A DNA stretch of 64,000 nt from Fimbriimonadales bacterium (GTDB lineage: Bacteria > Armatimonadota > Fimbriimonadia > Fimbriimonadales > ATM1). Both the position numbers and the translations under genes were made by a program. Below the pieces are notes generated by a model. That model was not told the origin of the DNA. It worked only from the letters and a program-made list of their open reading frames with translations, and did no database searches. The stretch is from positions 128,001-192,000 of the forward strand of contig JBGTLG010000015.1 of NCBI GenBank assembly GCA_041744215.1. Reading direction: 5' to 3'. Positions 19,302-27,335 of this stretch are shown in pieces (within the stretch, counting starts at the first letter, position 1; the number at the start of each line of letters is the position of its first letter).

Positions 19302-20287
19302 ACATCTGGATGGATGCAGGAAACTACCAGCCCTCCAGGCGAAATCGATGGAAACGCGCAATTGGCGCTTTCCTGTACACGCTCGTTTGTATCTTTGCGC
19401 TTGGCCTCGGCTCTCTCCAAGGGTTGCGCTATTCCAACCCGCTCTTAGCTGAAGGGTTCATGCGCAAGGTGGTTCCCAGCTTTAGCGCTGATCCGTTCGC
19501 GGGACGCGACGAGATCGTAATCCTCGCTCTTGGTACTGACAAAGACTACGATGAACACAACCGCGTCGTGAGTTCGTCTGCTCGCGCTGATTCGATTCAG
19601 TTAGTGCGCCTGGACTTCGCGAACAACGCGATCGGTATCTTCGGGATCCCGCGAGATACCTACGTCGAGATACGCGGCTATAGGCCCATGAAGATCAATG
19701 AACTTCACAAATTCGGCGGCGGCGAGGCTGTTGCGCAAGCAGTCTATGAACTGGTAGGCATTCGTCCGGACAAGATCGTCGAAGTGGACTTCGACTTTGT
19801 GCGTCAGGCTGTGAATACTGTCGCAGGAGTGGAAATCTACATCAACAAGAGAATGAAGTACACAGACAGGAGCGGTAATCTATTCATCGACTTCCATCCG
19901 GGTCGCACAACACTCACAGGAGACCAAGCGCTAGGCTTCATTCGATACAGGCAAGACAGCGAAGTCGACCGCGGCAGACGCCAGCAAGACTTCCTAATAG
20001 CATTCAAAAGGCGCGTCTCCAAGAGTCCAGAGTACATCCCCGAACTCTCGAAGCTGATCATGGATACTCTTGACGACTACTTGACAGAACAAGAAGTGTT
20101 TAGCATCGCTGACTTTGCGAGGAGTGTTCCAACCGCAAAAGTTCGACACGGTACGCTCCCGGTAAGAGAAGGCCCGATGTATCCGAAGTTCTACTATTAT
20201 CCAATCCGTGAAGAAGTCGCGCAAGCGCTTGTCAATGCCGGAATGCGCGCCGGCTCAGCGACTGCTGGGTCGGTGTCCGTTCGGTGA
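19298..20287 (+). CDS. LytR-CpsA-Psr (LCP) family protein
   Basis: One TM; ILALGTD, RADSI, IPRDT, KIN, FIRYR, R.RRQQ. Confidence 0.9.
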   Translation: MNIWMDAGNYQPSRRNRWKRAIGAFLYTLVCIFALGLGSLQGLRYSNPLLAEGFMRKVVPSFSADPFAGRDEIVILALGTDKDYDEHNRVVSSSARADSIQLVRLDFANNAIGIFGIPRDTYVEIRGYRPMKINELHKFGGGEAVAQAVYELVGIRPDKIVEVDFDFVRQAVNTVAGVEIYINKRMKYTDRSGNLFIDFHPGRTTLTGDQALGFIRYRQDSEVDRGRRQQDFLIAFKRRVSKSPEYIPELSKLIMDTLDDYLTEQEVFSIADFARSVPTAKVRHGTLPVREGPMYPKFYYYPIREEVAQALVNAGMRAGSATAGSVSVR

Positions 20288-21099
20288 TACTTTTCTTTGC
20301 AATTGACGAAGAAGATCGCGATATCGAAAGGCGGTCATCAGAGCACGTACAACTCGGTAAGTTCTTTCTGCGGGGGGCAATCGCGTTTGCAATTCTGTTG
20401 CTCATTTTCACACCTGTCTATTTGAACTGTCGCCAGCAAATGCTTCGTGTAGTGACCCAAGAGAACCTTCGGACGCTCTTCCAGGGTGTGTCGCTTTACG
20501 CGGACGCGAACAACGAAGGACTTCCGCCGCTCTACGAGCGAGCAGGGCCGGAAATGCCGGTCATAGATCGAAATGGCAACCCAATCATTTGGGCAACCCA
20601 CGTGATGGGGTACGTCGAGGCGTACCGGCTTCGCAATCCTAAGACCCCGCAGGATTCGCAAGTTCGCCTTACTGTCTCCACTACGTCATCGGGATCGTCG
20701 ACAACATATCTCGGGTATGGGATGGCGTCTTCTCTTGATACGACGCGACTATACGACATCACCAACAAAGACTCTGTACTCTTCGCAGAAACAACCTCCG
20801 GCGGTCGAAATGGCAGCCTGAACCCCTTGCCTCTTGCATTCGCATCGGATGGCTTCATGATCGGCTTCGACGATACCAACCTGCCAGGCGCAGGCCCAAC
20901 GAGAGACTCGCAGTTTGCAACACGGTTGGCATTTTCAAGCCGAGGAGGAACCAACTCGATCAGCGATATGGAACCGCTGCACGAAGATGGGACCCTGGCG
21001 ATTTCTGCTGACGGGCGCATCCTCTACCTAAAGCCATCCGATCAAATCGTCCAAAAGGCCGGTACACTACCTACTGGTCTATGGGCGCCTTTTCGGTAA
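20284..21099 (+). CDS. Atypical pilin-like protein of the DUF1559/H-X9-DG group, lacking the GFTLIE site
   Basis: TM helix then PVY...R......ENLR.L..GV.LY..ANNE.LPP; C-terminal H-EDGTLAISA-DG. Confidence 0.6.
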   Translation: MILFFAIDEEDRDIERRSSEHVQLGKFFLRGAIAFAILLLIFTPVYLNCRQQMLRVVTQENLRTLFQGVSLYADANNEGLPPLYERAGPEMPVIDRNGNPIIWATHVMGYVEAYRLRNPKTPQDSQVRLTVSTTSSGSSTTYLGYGMASSLDTTRLYDITNKDSVLFAETTSGGRNGSLNPLPLAFASDGFMIGFDDTNLPGAGPTRDSQFATRLAFSSRGGTNSISDMEPLHEDGTLAISADGRILYLKPSDQIVQKAGTLPTGLWAPFR

Positions 21100-21800
21100 C
21101 TAACCAGGATCCGGGCTGGGTGAATGAGCTCGTGCGCGAGTATGCCGCGATCATAGGCGAAGATGTGCCTGCTGCCAACGGTCCAACAACGTTCGCCGTG
21201 GCCCGCGACGCGTGCCACGGCGCAGCAAAGCCGCCGCCACCTGAAAGGCTTGACATTCGAGAGTGCCGCATGGAGTGGCGATCCCATCGCATAGACGGCT
21301 CTGTCTCACCGGTCGGCCGAGTCGGTCAATTCGTTCCAGATTGCCCAGCAGACGAGACTCCACAGGTAGGCGCGCAGGTTAGACTCCGCCATGCAGACGG
21401 CGTCATGAAAGCGGTCGTTGTTGGGTATTGCGGGTCGGACGTGCTTTTGATGCGCGGGCCGACACAACGCGAACGCAGAGCCCACCAGCGCATTGGTGTC
21501 GCGGGCGTGGCCCTCGTTCGGTTCAACAGGTCCAATCAGGAAGCCAGAATAAGCGACCTGTCTGAGGGAGGGATTGGCCTCTCGTCGCCGATGGCCGTGG
21601 AGGTTGGGGGCTCGATCCACCTGTTGTTGCGCATCCACGGGAAGAAGGCGTTACCTCTTGAGTGCGACGGGATTGTAACTAGCTGCCGAGCCGTTGAGCG
21701 CGGACCACAAGGCGAACATCGCATCGGCGTAAAGTTCGTCGATCTATCGCCAAAGTTAGTTGACCGAATTCGATTGTTGCTACACGACGAGTGCTCGTAA
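21081..21800 (+). CDS. PilZ domain (c-di-GMP-binding) protein; start uncertain
   Basis: ERRAHQR (RxxxR), DLSEGG (DxSxxG), IGVKF. Confidence 0.8.
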   Translation: MGAFSVTNQDPGWVNELVREYAAIIGEDVPAANGPTTFAVARDACHGAAKPPPPERLDIRECRMEWRSHRIDGSVSPVGRVGQFVPDCPADETPQVGAQVRLRHADGVMKAVVVGYCGSDVLLMRGPTQRERRAHQRIGVAGVALVRFNRSNQEARISDLSEGGIGLSSPMAVEVGGSIHLLLRIHGKKALPLECDGIVTSCRAVERGPQGEHRIGVKFVDLSPKLVDRIRLLLHDECS

Positions 21801-21818
21801 ACTTCTCGCCGGACCGCC

Positions 21819-23063
21819 ATGGCTAACTTGAAACGCGAATCCAGTCTGGCTGCCATGCTCGGGTTTGGTGTCTGGGTTCTCCTGGGAACCTTAGCAGTGT
21901 CGGGAATCGCGCTTGCAACACAGTACGCCCCGATCGCTGGTGGTGCCCACGCATCGGTTGTAGCGATGCGCGACAGCCCGGTGCACTCCTTTCTCTGTGA
22001 CTACCACTACTATGGGAGTGGTGTAGCGATTGCTCTCGCAGCTGTTAACCTGGCGTTTCTGCTCTGGGCCGGGAGATATGGCCGCCCGGATCGATGGCTG
22101 TGGTGGGGAGCGCTCGGAGCCTTGATCATAACAATGCTGGCGCAAGTAACCGGCAACCTTCTTCCATTCTCGCAGCATGACGTCCGCACGGCGTTCGCGG
22201 AAGGAGGCATCGCTGCCCAAACCCCGCTTATCGGACCCACGCTTCGAGCGATTGCGATAGGCGGGGAGGCCGTCGGCCAAGAGACTGTGGATAGATGGTA
22301 CTTCGCACACCGCTTTGTCGCCCCACTCCTGCTGGTTCTTCTTGCATTCCCCGCTATTCGCTCGCTCCGCAGGGAGGGATTAAAGTCAAAGCTGTGGTGG
22401 GCGATTCTTGTTCCTGCGGCCATCGCTGCAGCAGGCGCGCTCATCGTTTCTGGGCCGCTCGGCAACGCAGCGCTGCCCTCAGACCTCGCAACGGGCGCAA
22501 CGAGGCCTATGTGGTACGTGCTGCCGATGCATGCACTACTTGACACCTTGGGCGGAATCAATCCAAGCATGGGCTGGATAGGGGCGATGCTGGTGCCGGG
22601 CCTAGCGGTTACCGGTCTGATGATGCTTCCGATCCTTGTTCGTAAGTCCGCAGAGGGCGCGGCGTTCGGACGAATCGCTGTACTATTTGGGTCCGTTCTG
22701 CTCATCTTGGCAATCATCACGTATGGAGACCGGGTTCAAGGGCCTTTCGCGGACGAACCAACATTTGATGCCCCGCGAGCAGCGCCAGAGCCCACCCAGA
22801 CACCGAACCTGCCGCTCGCAGAACAAGGCAAGTTGATCTATGACGCAAACAAGTGTTCTAGCTGTCATGCCATCGGTGGCGCTGGTTCTGCGACAGCAGG
22901 ACCGAACCTCGCGGGAGTCGGCAGTCGGAGGCCGAATGTTGAAGAACTTATGGATCTCGTTCGTGATCCCCAGGCGTTCGGAATCCAAACGATGCCGGCA
23001 TACTCGGCGCTCAGCCTGAGCGAGCTGCGTGCGTTAGCCGAGTATTTGAGTTCGCTGAAGTGA
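21819..23063 (+). CDS. Cytochrome b/b6-like protein fused to a C-terminal monoheme cytochrome c
   Basis: SGIALA.QY.P, TGNLLPFSQ, RWYFAH, RPMWY (PEWY-like); CSSCH plus GPNL and distal MPAY. Confidence 0.88.
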   Translation: MANLKRESSLAAMLGFGVWVLLGTLAVSGIALATQYAPIAGGAHASVVAMRDSPVHSFLCDYHYYGSGVAIALAAVNLAFLLWAGRYGRPDRWLWWGALGALIITMLAQVTGNLLPFSQHDVRTAFAEGGIAAQTPLIGPTLRAIAIGGEAVGQETVDRWYFAHRFVAPLLLVLLAFPAIRSLRREGLKSKLWWAILVPAAIAAAGALIVSGPLGNAALPSDLATGATRPMWYVLPMHALLDTLGGINPSMGWIGAMLVPGLAVTGLMMLPILVRKSAEGAAFGRIAVLFGSVLLILAIITYGDRVQGPFADEPTFDAPRAAPEPTQTPNLPLAEQGKLIYDANKCSSCHAIGGAGSATAGPNLAGVGSRRPNVEELMDLVRDPQAFGIQTMPAYSALSLSELRALAEYLSSLK

Positions 23064-23071
23064 GAGGGAGT

Positions 23072-23147
23072 TGGCGCGCTCGAGAGGACTCGAACCTCCG
23101 ACCTACAGGTCCGCAACCTGTTGCTCTATCCACTGAGCTACGAGCGC
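23072..23147 (-). tRNA. tRNA-Arg, anticodon GCG
   Basis: GCGCTCG acceptor stem, D loop with A20, anticodon arm ACAGG-TTGCGGA-CCTGT, GGTTCGAGTCC T arm, encoded CCA. Confidence 0.96.
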
Positions 23148-23209
23148 GCGGGGGCTCCTAGGATACCCGGGGCTAGCGTCGGCGGTATGCTTGAAGCACG
23201 ACGAGACCC

Positions 23210-23968
23210 ATGATTTCGAATTCGAACCCACGATCCTTCGCGGACCTAGTTGGATTTCCCGATTCACTGCGATCACCTACCTTAGGCGCGCACGACACCC
23301 ATGGAACTACGGTGCTTTGCCTTCGCTATAAGGACGGCATCTTGAACCTCGGCGATCGTCGGGCCACAGCGGCGAATTACATCATGTATGATCGCGCCAA
23401 GAAGATATTGCGACTGGACGATCACACGCTGGTTGCAATCTCGGGTTCATTCGCTCGCAGTACCGAGATTGCACGCTACTTGCGACATGCATTCAAATAC
23501 TATTCCCGGACGCAACTTCAGGACATGAGTGTTGAAGGCAAGTTGCAGGAAGTCAGCCGCGCCCTCGCCGGAAATCTAAGTATGTCGCTCGAAGGGATTG
23601 GCATCTTTCTCCCTATCGTTAGCGCGTACGATCCCGCGTCTGACTCGCTGGGCATTTACTTCTACGACGTAATGGGAGCGCGCTTCGAGAGCGGTCAATA
23701 CGGTTGCGCCGGCTCTGGCTCTCATCGGATACAGGGGGTCTTTGAGTACATACAGCGGCAGCAAGGAAACTTCGAGGAGCGAGAACTTGAAGAAGTGCTC
23801 TTGGATGGCCTGACTATGCTCGACATCGCTTCGGAGCTCGACTCTGCGACAGGGAATCTTTCGATGCCATTGCCTATCGCAAAGACTCTGACTAAGCACG
23901 GCATCGAGGACATCAACGAACAATTGCTTCGCGAATCCGTGTTGTCCGTTCAAAAGGGTAAGGGTTAG
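23210..23968 (+). CDS. prcB: 20S proteasome beta subunit
   Basis: Propeptide ending THG|TTVL (catalytic Thr1), GDRRAT, YD..G.R, GSGS, D.ATG. Confidence 0.92.
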   Translation: MISNSNPRSFADLVGFPDSLRSPTLGAHDTHGTTVLCLRYKDGILNLGDRRATAANYIMYDRAKKILRLDDHTLVAISGSFARSTEIARYLRHAFKYYSRTQLQDMSVEGKLQEVSRALAGNLSMSLEGIGIFLPIVSAYDPASDSLGIYFYDVMGARFESGQYGCAGSGSHRIQGVFEYIQRQQGNFEERELEEVLLDGLTMLDIASELDSATGNLSMPLPIAKTLTKHGIEDINEQLLRESVLSVQKGKG

Positions 23969-23973
23969 AATCT

Positions 23974-24681
23974 ATGTTGTCCCCTTATGATTGGCAAGAG
24001 AGCATAAGCCAACGCGCCCAGTACATTGAAAACCGCATCAAGAGCGGGTCGCCGATAGTGGGGCTATCCATTGATGCCGGCTGCATTTTGTACACGTATC
24101 GAAAGCACATTCGAAAAGTCTACGAAGTCTATGATCGCATGATGTTTTCAGCGATCGGTCAGCAGGCAGACGTCGAATCAATGCGCGTGACTTCGATCGA
24201 CTTTGCACACCAGGAAGGATTTGCACATAGTGAGGACGATGTGACCATCGGCCGACTTGTTGGTTTCGCCCTCAGCGGCCCCATGAAGCGTGCTTTCGGG
24301 GATCTCACCGTAGCTCCGTTTGTCATCCATGCGCTGTTCGCGGAGATGAACGCAAAACCAGCAGAAGACCTGTTCATTTGGCTGCACTATGACGGGGATT
24401 TCGTCGCACACAGGCAGTTCGCAGTTGCCGCTGGCACGCGCGATTCCGAGAAGCGGATGGTCGAGTTTTTGTCAAGTGCGTATCGTCCCGACTTGTCGGT
24501 GGAAGAGGCTTTCGGAATTGCTGACCAAGCATGGCGCATCGGAGCCGATCGCGATGTTGACGGTGTCCCGGATGAGGAACTCCTGTCGGATGCCTTCCCC
24601 GAGATCGGTTTTCTTGAGCGAAACGTTGAACGCGTGCGCAGATTTCGTCTCATTCAGCAGGATTCGAAGCACTCCAGGTAG
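23974..24681 (+). CDS. prcA: 20S proteasome alpha subunit
   Basis: SPYDW, KVYEVYDR, AIG...D.E..R, G...S..DVT, YDG, R.FR; directly follows prcB. Confidence 0.9.
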   Translation: MLSPYDWQESISQRAQYIENRIKSGSPIVGLSIDAGCILYTYRKHIRKVYEVYDRMMFSAIGQQADVESMRVTSIDFAHQEGFAHSEDDVTIGRLVGFALSGPMKRAFGDLTVAPFVIHALFAEMNAKPAEDLFIWLHYDGDFVAHRQFAVAAGTRDSEKRMVEFLSSAYRPDLSVEEAFGIADQAWRIGADRDVDGVPDEELLSDAFPEIGFLERNVERVRRFRLIQQDSKHSR

Positions 24682-24834
24682 CGCTGTCCGTCCATGAGAT
24701 TGATCCGCAAGGAAGCTCCGCTGCATCCGCATAGGGGACGTCCTTTGCCGCTCTTGTTCTCGTCCTGAGTGCTGAGATAATGCGTCAAGGACCTTTGACG
24801 CAGATCGCCTGCGAGAATCGTCCAATCTGGATAG

Positions 24835-25530
24835 ATGGTGCTATTGACAGCTTCTCTCCTCTTGGTCGGACAATCGGTAGGGCCGATTCGCGGCTTCGCG
24901 CCGACCTTCCTGTACGAGAAGATTTCCATCGAAGGTTTTGACGTCTACGTATCTCCAGAAGTAAGGGGTGTTTCGGAGAGACGCGCGCCAGGCCTTGCGG
25001 CTCTACACGCGGCACTGCTCGATGTACTTCACTCGGTGCCGTCCAATCGGATTAGCGCAGTTTTAGGTATGTCGATTTGGCTGGAGTGGGACTTGAGAGA
25101 CAGAGGAGTAGTCGTTACGTACCTCTCGCAAACGGCCAAAGAATTGAGGGAGGTTGGAGTGAACCCCGACAAAGCGCAAGGGATCGAGGTAAGTAACTTG
25201 CGCACGTTCCTCGGTTCCGACGCTCTTGCAGCGCGATCGATCCTCTCAGCACTCGCTATCGCGTATCTTCACAAGTCACTTGCGCCAGGGCGCGACGCAA
25301 TTGAGACGACTTTCCGCCGAGCAATGGAGGACGGACTCTACGCGTTGTCAGCAGAGAAGCGGAAGCTGGAAACGCGTTCATACCCAAGTGTCGGCCCAGA
25401 CGAGTATTTTGCGATTCTAACGCTTGCTTACTTTGATCGAAACAACTTCTATCCGTTCAACCGCAGGGATCTCCGGGATCACGACTCACGGGGAGCAGCG
25501 CTTATGGCCCAGGTGTGGGATTCGAATTAG
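24835..25530 (+). CDS. Secreted zincin/metallopeptidase-like protein with degenerate HExxH
   Basis: Signal peptide; NPDKA.GIEV.N and EYFA....AYF..N.FYPFNR.DL..HD motifs; expected HELAH reads SALAI. Confidence 0.6.
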   Translation: MVLLTASLLLVGQSVGPIRGFAPTFLYEKISIEGFDVYVSPEVRGVSERRAPGLAALHAALLDVLHSVPSNRISAVLGMSIWLEWDLRDRGVVVTYLSQTAKELREVGVNPDKAQGIEVSNLRTFLGSDALAARSILSALAIAYLHKSLAPGRDAIETTFRRAMEDGLYALSAEKRKLETRSYPSVGPDEYFAILTLAYFDRNNFYPFNRRDLRDHDSRGAALMAQVWDSN

Positions 25531-26309
25531 AGCAGCAGATTCCCGACAGAGTCGTTTCCTCGCGCAATTGCAGCATAGTATTCCGCAACCCACTCCGCAG
25601 TTTCCGCTCGCGTATAGACCTCGTCCGAGTCTCCCCGGACCGCGTCAAGCAACAGGTGCGCGACCTCATCGGCCGATTGGGCTCTGACTGAAGGAAACGA
25701 CCGGGCGCGCCCTTCGAGCTGTGGAGTCGCAATGTGTTTCGGGTTTGCCGACGATTGAAAATCTGTGCTAGTCAAACCTGGGTTAAAGAGCAATACTCGA
25801 ACTCCCTCGCGACTAAGTTCCTGTCGCCAGCCCACCGCCATTGCCGCTAGCGCCGCCTTGGCCGCGTTGTAAGCTGCTCGCCACGGGGCGTACGGAATAC
25901 GACCGAGGATGCTCCCCACCAAGACGATCGTGCCCTTGCGAGCCGCCACCATCGCCGGTGAGCACCCTGCAACCGTGTTCATTGCGGACAGCAAGTTGAC
26001 CCTCATCATGGAGTCGATGTCAGCGTACGTGGTCTTACATGGCATCACCGTCAAGCCTCGTCCAACATTAGCGATAGCGACGTCAAAAGTCTCGGCGCTT
26101 GCGAGGTACTCGACAGATTCCGCAAGCTCCATATCGAGAGCGACAGTTTCCAGCCCTTTACCGACTTCGTCCTGCAACTCTATGAGCAGTTCTGCACGCC
26201 TTGCAACCGCGACCACCGAGGCACCTTGAGATACTGCTAGCCTAACGGCTGCTCGTCCGATCCCGCTACTCCCACCAGTTATGAGAATTCGCTTATTGCG
26301 GATGTCCAT
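25527..26309 (-). CDS. Short-chain dehydrogenase/reductase
   Basis: TGGSSGIG, YNAAK, PG...TDF. Confidence 0.92.
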   Translation of the reverse strand: MDIRNKRILITGGSSGIGRAAVRLAVSQGASVVAVARRAELLIELQDEVGKGLETVALDMELAESVEYLASAETFDVAIANVGRGLTVMPCKTTYADIDSMMRVNLLSAMNTVAGCSPAMVAARKGTIVLVGSILGRIPYAPWRAAYNAAKAALAAMAVGWRQELSREGVRVLLFNPGLTSTDFQSSANPKHIATPQLEGRARSFPSVRAQSADEVAHLLLDAVRGDSDEVYTRAETAEWVAEYYAAIARGNDSVGNLLL

Positions 26310-26451
26310 GTCTCCGATTATGCAGAAGAACTGAAGCGCACGATAAAGGATCTGACACCAAACGATAAGAGAGACCCGAGTCCCATCACCATGTCCGCCT
26401 GCTCATCCAACGCAAATGAGAAACCGCAACTTCAGCCGTACAGAATAGGCC

Positions 26452-27315
26452 ATGATGTCCTCAATGATTTCCGGCGCGTTTACTGCTCTGATAACCCCAT
26501 TCGATGCGACGGGTGAGGTTGACTACCCAGGTTTCGCGCGACTCCTCGCCTGGCATGAGGCGGCCGGAATGGACGGGGTTGTCATTGCGGGCACTAATGG
26601 CGAAGGTCCAAGCCTTAGTTCGGTTGAAAAGCGGGACGCACTCCGGTTCGCTGTTGAGCATGCAGGGAAACTGAAGGTGATTCTCGGAGGCGGGACGTGT
26701 TCGATAACCGAGGCAGTGTGGCTATCCGAACAGGCGCAGAAAGCGGGCGCAATTGCCACTCTCATGCTGCCGCCCTTTTACTTTAATGCGACAGAGCGTG
26801 GACTTTTCGCGTGGTTTAACCAGCTCTTGTCGAATTGTGACCTGCCCTGCATCGTGTACAACTTTCCGAAAACCACGGGGGTAACCATCAGTTCTGCCCT
26901 CCTGGAGTCGCTCTTCGAGTTTGAACATTGTGTTGGTATCAAAGACAGCTCCGGCGACCTGGCGCAACTGAACGCATACCTTTCGGTCGCATTGCGTCAC
27001 GATCGAGTTGTTCTGGTAGGCGACGAGCGCCTGCTCCTGCATTCACTCTCTTCGGGTGGTTCAGGGACCATCAGCGGACTCGCGAACACCTTTCCTGTCC
27101 TGGTGTCCAGACAGGTCCGTGAACAATCGGATGCACTGCAGTCACTCATGAATCAAGCGGTTGAAAACATCAAGAAGCATCCACAGCCTGCGGTGCACAA
27201 AGCCATTCTGAATCATCGTGGCCTTCCGGGGGGTCAAGTTCGTCCGCCGCTGGAACCGATCTCAGAGGACGCTCAAACAGAGGTTCTGGCCTTTGTCGAC
27301 TCATTTGGGTTCTAA
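26452..27315 (+). CDS. Dihydrodipicolinate synthase/N-acetylneuraminate lyase family protein
   Basis: ALITPF, GTNGE, VYNFP..TG, GIKDSSG (Schiff-base Lys). Confidence 0.88.
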   Translation: MMSSMISGAFTALITPFDATGEVDYPGFARLLAWHEAAGMDGVVIAGTNGEGPSLSSVEKRDALRFAVEHAGKLKVILGGGTCSITEAVWLSEQAQKAGAIATLMLPPFYFNATERGLFAWFNQLLSNCDLPCIVYNFPKTTGVTISSALLESLFEFEHCVGIKDSSGDLAQLNAYLSVALRHDRVVLVGDERLLLHSLSSGGSGTISGLANTFPVLVSRQVREQSDALQSLMNQAVENIKKHPQPAVHKAILNHRGLPGGQVRPPLEPISEDAQTEVLAFVDSFGF

Positions 27316-27335
27316 ACGTCAGGTACAAACGCCTT

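Noticed and set aside
23072-25530. tRNA-anchored genomic island carrying the proteasome
   Set aside because: No duplicated tRNA 3' end, integrase or composition shift seen; prcBA lies on the 5' side of the tRNA.
26452-27315. Naming this gene dapA
   Set aside because: It has GTNGE rather than GTTGE and no dap context, so only the family can be supported.
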